Assembly (NCBI GenBank): GCA_951406725.2
Contig: OX597818.1
Location: forward strand, 8,804,001-8,868,000
Source of the DNA: Octopus vulgaris
Taxonomy: Eukaryota
Direction: 5' to 3'
Length of the DNA: 64,000 nt
The first letter of the stretch is position 1. Every line of letters starts with the position of its first letter. Under the pieces are notes generated by a model. It made no database searches, was not told the DNA's origin, and saw only the letters and a list, made by a program, of their open reading frames with translations. Positions 54,320-64,000 of the stretch are shown here, one piece after another. Made by a program: the position numbers and the translations under genes.

Positions 54320-54320
<1 letters not shown>
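53976..54320. mobile_element. Penelope-like inverted pLTR remnant: 133-bp inverted repeat (53976..54108 and 54126..54258), 17-bp spacer, ~60-bp tail, inside (TA)n
   Basis: The arms are reverse complements with one mismatch, and each holds a hammerhead-like fold. PLE origin is inferred. Confidence 0.7.
54127..54176 (+). ncRNA. Minimal type I hammerhead ribozyme with G3-C8 core variant (mirror copy at 54058..54107 on -)
   Basis: UUUGUCA | GUGAACA G | GUCGC agauuuua GCGAC | GAA | AAUAUU U | UGACAAA: 7-bp stem I, 5-bp stem II, palindromic stem III. Confidence 0.72.
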
Positions 54321-54374
<54 letters not shown>

Positions 54375-55613
54375 AGGGTGTCCCCAAAAAATGTATACAC
54401 ACTTTAGCAGCTGATAACTCAATTGATATTTTTTCTTTCCAGATGAAACCTATAGGATTTAATGATGGCAGTCAGATTAAGCTTTGAACAAAGAAAATTC
54501 ATTCTAAAATGATACTGGAAGTGTGAAAATGCAGTTGAAGTGCAAAAACAGTTGGGGAGGGAGTTTCAAACAGATCCACTAATGCAACTCCCTATCACTT
54601 GAATTAGAGATAAGTTTGAAGCTGATGGAACTGTTCAGAATGTCCACGATAAGCATTCCAGAAGACCCCGAACATCAACAACCCCAACAAAGCAAGGAGT
54701 ACTGGAAATGAATCACCAAAGTCCAAGAAAATCTGTGCGGCAAAGCGAGACATGAGGTGGGTATTCCAAAATCATCTGTCCAATGCATTTTGAAGCATTG
54801 TCAATGGAAAAGTTATATTCCAAGATTAGTCCATGCTATTAATGATGATGATCCAGACGAAAGAGTGCAGCATTGCGAGTGGTACTTGGAACGATGTGTA
54901 GAAGCTGCACACTTTCCAACAAAGATTGTGTGGAGTGATGAAGCCACATTCAAATTAAATGGTTCAATTAACTGCCACAATTGCACCTACTGGGATCCTG
55001 AGAATCTGCATGTTATGGTGAAACACCATGTTAATTTGATATTTGTGTGGTGTGGTTTATCATCAAGAGAATTAATTGGACCATTCTTTTGTTATGCTAC
55101 TGTGACTGGTCCCGTTTACTTGAACTTGTTGCAACAGTCTGTTATGCCAAGCATTAGAGAAGACTTTGAAGATGAGGAGTTTTATTTTCAGCTAGATGGG
55201 GCATCCCCACACTACCATTGCTATGTTAGATCCTTCCTTGATGAGATCTTGCTAAACAGGTGGATTGGATAAAGAGGTATGGTTGAATTCACCAGACCTC
55301 ACACCACTAGACTCTTTTATGGGGATACCTTAAAGACAAATTCTACGCTATGAAACATACAAGTCGCTGATTTGAGAGTAGCCATTGGACGAGAGTTCAC
55401 ACAAATACCAAACAAATTCTTGTGTGATATTTGTGATTCCATTCCTTTGCGTTGTCAGCAGTGCCTGGACCAGACCGGACATCAGTTTGAAAACAGGCAT
55501 TGACAAAACAATAAAAGAATGTCTGTAGATTCTATTAAAGTTTGAAAATGAAGTATCTTTTAATAAACAACTACTTTACAATTATTTAAAGTGTGTATAC
55601 ATTTTGTTGGGAC

Positions 55614-55618
<5 letters not shown>
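54375..55618 (+). mobile_element. Tc1/mariner-superfamily DNA transposon, DD41D (rosa/Visitor)-like, near full length, inactive
   Basis: TIRs agggtgtcccc..aaaatgtatacacacttta / taaagtgtgtatacattttg..gggacaccct within (TA)n. Motifs [27 protein letters not shown]; stops and frameshifts present. Confidence 0.9.
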
Positions 55619-55661
<43 letters not shown>

Positions 55662-55799
55662 GTACATACATACATACACAGGGTGCAATAGGTAAATTTT
55701 CGCTCTTTTAATTTCCCGCATACACATTGTTTCTTTTTCATTTTGTCGACTACACAGTGCAGTAGGATCAGTTGGGCACCGTCTGTGAGAAAAACAGCC

Positions 55800-57170
55800 C
55801 CCTGACACAATACACTCTACCAGAAATTTGGAAACGACTTGCTGTACTGCTCAGTAACTTTCAGAGATTTGATTCCACACATACGAGATTTTTTCGGAAG
55901 ACGTAACTTAAATTTCTCCCGAACCATCTTATGGTCTGTGTTGCATTCTGCAGTACGCGTAACACGCACATTGCAGACATCATTCAGATCGCATCTCCGA
56001 GTGGCCATTTTTTTACCTTGGGTCTATCCAGATAACTTTATGCTTCTTCTTTTGACGGAAAAATGTGTTGCAAATTGCGAGGTTGGGCTCTGATCAGAGC
56101 TCAAGCATCTTCAAACCATTAGCATTCATCTTACCGATGCCGTAATGGTCCAGTGCATCCCATATATCATGCCTCTGCCAACTTGGGCATTGAAATCGCC
56201 AAGAATGATAACATTTTTTTCGATTGGACTAGATACAATTGTAGCTCGAAGGGATTCATAAAATGTCATAATACATTCTTCACTTGCCTTGAGAGTTGGA
56301 ACATAAACTGACAGAATTGTTGCATCTCGCCCTCATGCAAGGGAAATGCGCAACTTCGTTATACGGTCACTAATTCTTGAGAGGGACTCTATATGCTGTG
56401 CTAGATTTTTACGTACTGCAAAACCTACACCACCATCTTGCTGTTCTCCTTTTGGTTTCCTGTCCAGAAAAGTGTTAAACCTGATGATACTTCAATCAGC
56501 TGATCACACCTTGATAAACGTTTTCTGGCAAGGCTGCAATATCTATACTTAATCTTCGAAGTTCTTTCGTTACCAGTGCGGTTTTTCTAGTCGGGTTGAT
56601 GAGCCAAAAGAGTTCTGACATTCCAGCAGCAAATATTTATTTTAATTCGTTTTTTTTCTTTCATAAATGATTTGCTTCATAATTCATTTTTTTCTTTCCT
56701 GCTTGAATGAACCGCAGATAGCCCCAGTAAAATACCCAAACGTTGATGTGACAGGCAATTTTTTGTGCACCTTTTCTAGCACCTTCCCAAGATTTTGGAC
56801 GAGCAGTGTTCTCCTTAATAGGGCTGCTCAGACACAGGTGTCTCCACCGAAGTTAGCTCTTGTCACAGGAAAACATAACAACGATGTTATGATAAGACTC
56901 CTGCCGCCTAAGTGTAGATTTGCAGCTATATGCTTCCAACTGGTCAGATCTGTACATATCGCCACTCCTCCATCGCCATAGGATTTTCATTTGTAAAAAT
57001 GACAGATGACAAGAACACAAAAGAGCACCACTCTCTAAGTTTCAGTGATTATTGTCTGGCAACAAGCCTAAGCCAGATGACTGGAAATCACATCAACCAT
57101 AGGTTTTATTTCAAGTTTTCCTCTTTTAGAAGGCTACTGTAACAAGAGCTTGGGTTCCTTCACTCCCATT
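55800..57170 (-). mobile_element. RTE-clade LINE 5' fragment (5' UTR and APE)
   Basis: KTALVTKELRRLSIDIAAL, GVGFAVR, LGDFNAQVG, AECNTDHKMV. The UTR shares blocks with 45330..45655. Confidence 0.85.
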
Positions 57171-59313
57171 TAAAAAAGAAACACGCAATCAGTCACGTAC
57201 ACATAAACCACAAAAACACATCAATATACACAATACACACACACAAATTGAAATACAATATATACAAGACTTAAGTATAAATAAAAATTTTAATTTAAAA
57301 ACGATATATACATATTTACACATATTTGTTGAATGGCCGTTGACTACTCATGCGTTTGTCTGTCCTTTGACGTCCTGCAGGGTATCCAACAATCACCCTC
57401 CTCACTAAGCAATCCTGGTGGGGTTGGCAGTTTAGTCGTCAACGACCCGACCATGCAACAGGTAGCACTGGATTACATGTTGCCAGTAATGAGTGAATGA
57501 GTGAGTGAGAGTTTGATGAAGTGAGTGAGTAAGTGAGTGAGTGAGTGAGTGAAGGTTTGAGAAGGAAAATACTTTTGACCAACGTGAAAATGAAAGATAT
57601 TATTTTAGGTGTCTGTCATTCAGAACAGATCAGAGATCGACTAGAACATATTCTGTTGTATAAAAGATCGAAACTCCCCAAAGTTGTGCAACACAATCTG
57701 ATTTTAAGCATCAATATCACATTTTCTCTCAAAAGTAAAGAAATTTTTAGAAAAAAAGCAAAGGAAATTTTCACTTTTTATCTATTTTCTCGTTCGTTAT
57801 TTTCATGTTTGGGGTTCAGTTTATTTCATACTTTGCTGTGCTTGATTACTTCTTAATGAATAACAGTCGTATTTCTCATTCAATTTTATGAAGAAACAGC
57901 TTACTATCAACTAATGGTTATGGAGTTAATAAATATTCCTCACATTAATCATTTAATCTAATATTTTGTATGTTTATTTTAATATCATTTATGGCCACAC
58001 TGCCTTCAACATCACCACCAAACACGTTGTTTATGCTGTTTTTTTTTTTCTAAATAAATGCTTTAGATTAGATATAAAACAATATATATACAATTTGTGA
58101 AAACGCCTCTATTATGTTGAAAACTTATTCAGCACATAATGCGTATTTTCTTTTGTTTTTTTTTAAAGAGATTACTACATTAAGAACCATGATTTAACAT
58201 TTCTAAATTCATTCAGCTCTTATAAAGATGATTAATTATGGATTTTAAAAAGAGTAGAAAACCAATAAAATATATTTTTGTATTCATAAAGTTTATCTCT
58301 TCGGCAACTTCTAAATTACCTGTTATCTCAATCTTTCTTGATTTCGATCACAAAATTAGAATACTGCAGCCTTTTCTAAGATGCTTTCGTTCTATTCCCC
58401 CGCCCCTCTTCTGTAACGAACCAATCAATTCACTATATTATTTAGATCAGATTTATTACCATAAATATTTTCAATATTGAGATAATGAGGTCTTTTTTTA
58501 AGTGTATTCATGTACCTATTAAGAATGTAGGCCGCAATGTGTGACTGTTGAAAATATTTTGTTTTATATCCGCTTTTCCACAACTAAATTGGTTGGAATT
58601 GCTATTATTATCGATTAGTTTTCTTATTTTATTTACGTATAAATTTTTGGAAATCAAAAACATAAACGGTTCCTCCGTCGATTTCGATGATGAGTATTTT
58701 CCTTCCTCGTTCAAGTGATTGAATTATAACAAAAGCGTTGGAATATTACACATAAAAATAGAACTTTAAATACTCAGTCATAATCAGAGTGATACATTGT
58801 GAGAAGAACCGTCGTAATAACTGGAATTTTTATTGGACTGAGAGACTCTAAATATCTTCCCGCTGAAGACTCACATCAAAGCATGTCTACGATAGATTAC
58901 GCTTGTAGAATGATAATAAATCTAACTCATTATATTTCTTACTACACCTGAATGTTTGCCTTTTGAATAACCTGCTGTAAGGAGCTGATTTCGTGAGGAC
59001 GACAATACTGTGTAATCAAGTTTATTGCTTAAGTCAGAGTTAAATTTCAATCACATCTTTTCTAAATCTATCTAATTAATAACTATTACAATTTCTTTAC
59101 AAAATTAGGCAATCGGCCCGCTGTAAACCACTCAAAATTCATTCACGTAAGAACTATTATATTCCTCCATATATACATCGAATTATTGAGTCCCGTATTT
59201 TTAATCAAGGCCCGTCATTGCTAAACAAATGTAACTTCCATATACACATGCATGCATATTCGTATAATTGTGTGTGCATATGTGTGTGTCTACACACACA
59301 CACACATATATAT

Positions 59314-59355
<42 letters not shown>

Positions 59356-60804
59356 GGGAAAGAGAAAAGCGGAATATATAAGATACGAGAATCTTTATTA
59401 ATCATTACAATCCTTTCGACCTATCGAGCATCGATCCATCTTCAATAAACATTCTCGTGACTTCCATCTCCTATATCTCTCTTTAATTTGATACCCAGTG
59501 AACACTGCCTAGTGAACGCGCTTTACTGGCAAACTACCAGGTGTATATCGTACGATTTATTAACTAATAATATATACACATATATAAAAAGAAAGAAAAT
59601 AAAATAGACTTTGCAAGGGTTTATTTCAATCGCTATGTCATTCTTTTACGAGTCTGCCTAGCTTATTGTATCGTCACTTATCTACTTCTTGCTTTACGGC
59701 CGTTTAGCTTTCAGTGGCGTCTATGAACTCTAGTGGTCATCCATTTCTAAGTTACACGTCGGCGTTCTTTCTCGTAATTTATATACATTGTTCTAATTTA
59801 TAATTTTTCATTTGGATTTTAAATACACTTAACTCATTGTATAACCATACAATCTCTCAATTCGATATACTCATTAATATATGCATTGATTCCTATTCCT
59901 TCATCACTAATCAATGCATCGTCCTCTCCTTCTCAACTGCTATGTTCTTTATTGCTGGTTAAACCCACGACCAAAAATTATTCACTACTGAAAATATACT
60001 CTCTTGTCTTAGTTGCATTTTCTAGCAAATACTTAAATCTTTTTCTTCACATTATTTTACTCTGCGTTTTCATATTTGTGTGATCATTTCAATTCACATT
60101 CGAAGGACAATTATCTCATCTTACATTACATTATGATATAATAAACATTGAATTATTTATGTCCGTATGAGGGCTATATATTTTTCTCTTCAGTATATAT
60201 ACTTTCCATAACTATATTTATAATTCATATTTTATGACTATCACTGATTAATACGCTACTTTGTAGCTATTATCACTATTATATAATTTCAGTTTTCTCA
60301 GAAATCATTACAATTAATTTCCTATCCAATCCGCCGATCAATCACATTTTTTATAACAAATATTTCTCATTTTACAAATTTTGCTTTCAGAAAACATTTA
60401 ATTTACCTTTCTGAGGCTTGTATAATATCCAATATTTTAGATATAAGTGTTTTCTTCTAATTTTGTGTTGAAGATTCTCATATCATTATTGACTTCCAAG
60501 GTGCCCTCACCACCTTTACTATTACCGGGGGATTATAATCGACATAAAGATATTTCTAATCTTTTTGATGATTATACAAACGATAATTTCGTACGCTTAT
60601 TACAACTCAACCGTTCATTTTATTATAATCTACTTGAACAAATTATTCTTATTTATCAACATCTATTCCGTATTGTGATTTGCATAATACTTTCGATATC
60701 CTTGTAAAAAAATAACAATGCTGACTCGTTATTTGAAGTCATTTTCTTCGGTGATTCTAATCGATATAACTATTACAATGTTTTCCCATACGACATATTA
60801 TTCA

Positions 60805-61041
60805 TTTATTCCTTTACTTGTTTCAATCATTTGACTGCAGCGATGTTAGAGGATCGTCTTGAAGGTACTTATTCACACAAATCAATCCCAGGACTTATTT
60901 TTTAAAGCCGTGTACTTATTCTATCGGAGTCTTCAACAACTTACTAAGTTACGCGGACATAAACACACCAAAATCCTTTGTGAAGCGGTCATGGAGGAAC
61001 AAGCACAGGCACGAAGATACACACACACATATATATATTTA

Positions 61042-61106
<65 letters not shown>

Positions 61107-61271
61107 GATGGTCTTCTTTCAGTTTCTGTCTGCCAAATCCATTCTCAAGGTTTTGGCCGTCCGGAGGCTATAGAGGAAGAAATTTGCCTAAGGTGCCACG
61201 TAGTGAGACTGAACATGGAACCATGTGGTTGGGAAGAAAGCTTCTTACCACACAGTCACGCCTGCGCCTAT
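60805..61271 (-). mobile_element. tRNA-derived CORE-type SINE with internal (TA)n (resembles octopus OR-type SINEs)
   Basis: Head ggcgcaggcgtgactgtgtggtaagaag...gttcagtc; CORE-like ggcaccttaggcaa..tctatagcctc; tail ...tgaaacaagtaaagg. Confidence 0.8.
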
Positions 61272-62029
61272 GTATAACTTTATAAATTTTTTAATAAATT
61301 GGCTGAATATGCAAACAAAAATTTTATCTCATTACCAGTTAACCGTTTATTGAAATTTACTTGACAGGCATATAAACAACAATTCTAACACGTCAACTCA
61401 AGCCATCCGACCATACTCATGAATATCTGGATACACTTGTTAACAATGATAATGTTAATTCGCTATTTGAAGTGATTCACTTAGATGATTATAAGCGACA
61501 AATAGTAATTATTACAAATTTTTCATGCGACATAAATAAATTTATATATTTTTACAATCACTTAGTTGAACATGCAAACAACAATGGTAACTCGTTATTA
61601 TGGGATATCAAACGGCTTATAGAATTTGTTACAATTCATTTAGCATACCCACAAACAAACAACAATTCTTTCTTAAGAATTCTCGTGTGATTGGACTATA
61701 CTTCACTCCAGAACGGAAATTTTCGAGCCTTGTTTACATTTTAGGGGATTTCTGCTGGCCTTCTGGGAACCGCCGGAAGTTGATAGCTAACGGGAGAGGG
61801 AGCTAATCCCATATCGTTTCCCATCATAGCTGAAAGATGAACGATGGCAGTACGGCCAGAAGTCGATAGACATTAGCAAAGGGAAGTAATAAAAACTTTT
61901 TCCCTCCATATTTTAAACAGATCCGGCCTTCATAATCAGAAACCGGCGTTCATTAGGAAAGAATATAGACTGCTCTAGATCTTAGAGTGTGCTTCTTCTC
62001 AGGACACACGTTTTCCCAAATCGGCTCAG

Positions 62030-62062
<33 letters not shown>

Positions 62063-62109
62063 CATGCACACGCACATATGAATGCGTATACCCAATACAT
62101 ACATACATG

Positions 62110-62168
<59 letters not shown>

Positions 62169-62171
62169 AAC

Positions 62172-63165
62172 GATAAAATTGTTAAAACTTTTATCAGTAG
62201 CCAGCATATAAAAAAGATAGACGTGTTAAGGTGAAAACATAAATACAATTATAATTAATGGCATAGAAAAAATTCTTGCCTGCATGCTGAAATGAGTCAC
62301 TAAATCGTCGAACCCCATTAAATATCATCACTATTATTTATTACACACGTGTCGAAAATCGAGTGAGCAAGCTAACGGAAATTCATAAAATGGTATCTCT
62401 GCATCGGCCAATTTCTAGATTAACCCTAGAGGAAATAAATGAAATACTTATACATAGCCACAGAAAAGGAGATGCAAGGTCATGAATGCACATAAGTACC
62501 CTGAATATATCCATATCAAATCACTCAGTAATCCTTGACATGTCTGTGGCCGGTCTAGAATAGCACATTAGTGGCTAGACTGTTCCGAATTGAATGGGAA
62601 TTAATTAAATTATAATATAAAAGGATAAAATTGTTAGAAATTTTATCAGTAGCCAGCATATAAAAAGATAGACCTATTAAGGTGAAATCATAAATACAAT
62701 CATAATTAAGGACATAGAAAAAAATGTTGCCTATATGCTGAAAGGGGAAGCTAAATCGTCGAACCACAATAAGCGGCATCAATATCATTATTACACACGT
62801 GTCGAAAATCGAGGGAGCAAGCAAACGGAAATTCATAAAACTGAGTTATATCGTGATCGGCCAATTTCTGGATTAACCCAAAGGTTTTCTTTCGTCAGCA
62901 GAGAATACTGAGAAAATAAACTAAATATTAATGCATACCCAGAGGAAAGCAGATGCATATAAGTACTCCAAATATATCCATATTGAAGTGCATAGCAAGC
63001 CTCGACACATGAGTAGCCGGTCAAGAATTTGTGTTCGCTTGCTTCCTCGATTGTCGACACGTGTGTAATAATAATAGTGAATATATCTAATGTGGTTCGA
63101 CGATTTAGCGTCTCCTTTCAGCATATAGGTAAGAATTTTCTTCTATGTTCTTAGTTATAATTGCA
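62172..63165. repeat. Two diverged ~452-bp tandem units plus an inverted partial third unit
   Basis: Units start with gataaaattgtta at 62172 and 62624; 63031..63165 is the reverse complement of ~62695..62826. Confidence 0.9.
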
Positions 63166-63196
63166 TACACACACATACACACACACACACACACAA

Positions 63197-63243
<47 letters not shown>

Positions 63244-63559
63244 CACACATATATATATGTATGTATGTTTGTACGTATGTATGTATTATTGACCTGTATG
63301 CGTATATAAAACACATATATATTTGAAAATCGTATACTTGAAAATTTATCCGTTTGTATTTTTGAAAGCTAAATATCTGTATTAATTCATGTACTCGAGG
63401 TAAATATGTAAAATCAATTCCGTTATGAATAAATTTCCATTACGCAAACGGAAGGGTTCAGTAATGTGTGTCTTGCAGGCACAATATTACATATAAATTT
63501 GTCATATCTATTCTTTACTTAATTCGAATGAACACAAGTTTTACAAGCATATTTTGTCA

Positions 63560-63630
63560 TATATGTGTACATATACATGCATATATACATATACATACAC
63601 ATACAGACGTACTTTTACACATATATACGC

Positions 63631-63710
<80 letters not shown>

Positions 63711-64000
63711 GCACATACGCACACGTAACTTTATATAAATATATACACAAACCTACATTTTAAACGTATGTAAATATCTTAATGCAGTTCGTATATTTGC
63801 ACATTTAAACTTGTGTGTCACTATGTAGTGAGATGATTTGCTCTTTTAAATAGATCCTGTTTTTCTGACGATATTTTTCGCTGTAGAGTGGTGCCTTCTT
63901 CTTCTTCTTCCCCTCCCCTTCCTCGTCCCCTCCTCCTCCTCATTCTTCTTCTTCTTCTTCTTCTTCTTATTATTATTATTATTTTTATTATTATTATTAT
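63560..64000. repeat. (TA)n, (TTC)/(TCC) and (TTA) simple repeats
   Basis: Seen directly. Confidence 0.85.

Overview
AT-rich, repeat-saturated eukaryotic (animal) DNA with no recognisable host gene. The SINE families and the (TA)n/(TTA)n/(CA)n load resemble octopus/cephalopod genomes (inference from recalled repeats, not verified). The first ~35 kb is a cluster of at least 6-7 diverged families of restriction-like-endonuclease (RLE) non-LTR retrotransposons of the R4/Dong/Rex6 type, with one intact 1272-aa ORF (9498..13316, -). Wherever a 3' end survives, the element ends at a (TAA)n tract read on its sense strand. Interleaved are a ~555-bp non-coding element with the same target (3 copies), L1/Tx1-like LINE remnants, RTE LINE remnants, tRNA-derived SINEs, a Tc1 relic and a DD41D-like mariner-superfamily relic. 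There are also two short Penelope-like repeats carrying minimal type I hammerhead ribozymes; one is a 133-bp inverted repeat whose hammerhead has a compensatory G3-C8 core. From ~48 kb the sequence is mostly AT-rich non-coding DNA with microsatellites and ends in a ~452-bp tandem/inverted repeat. Most short ORFs in the track are microsatellite or antisense artefacts. Element boundaries were placed by eye and are approximate.
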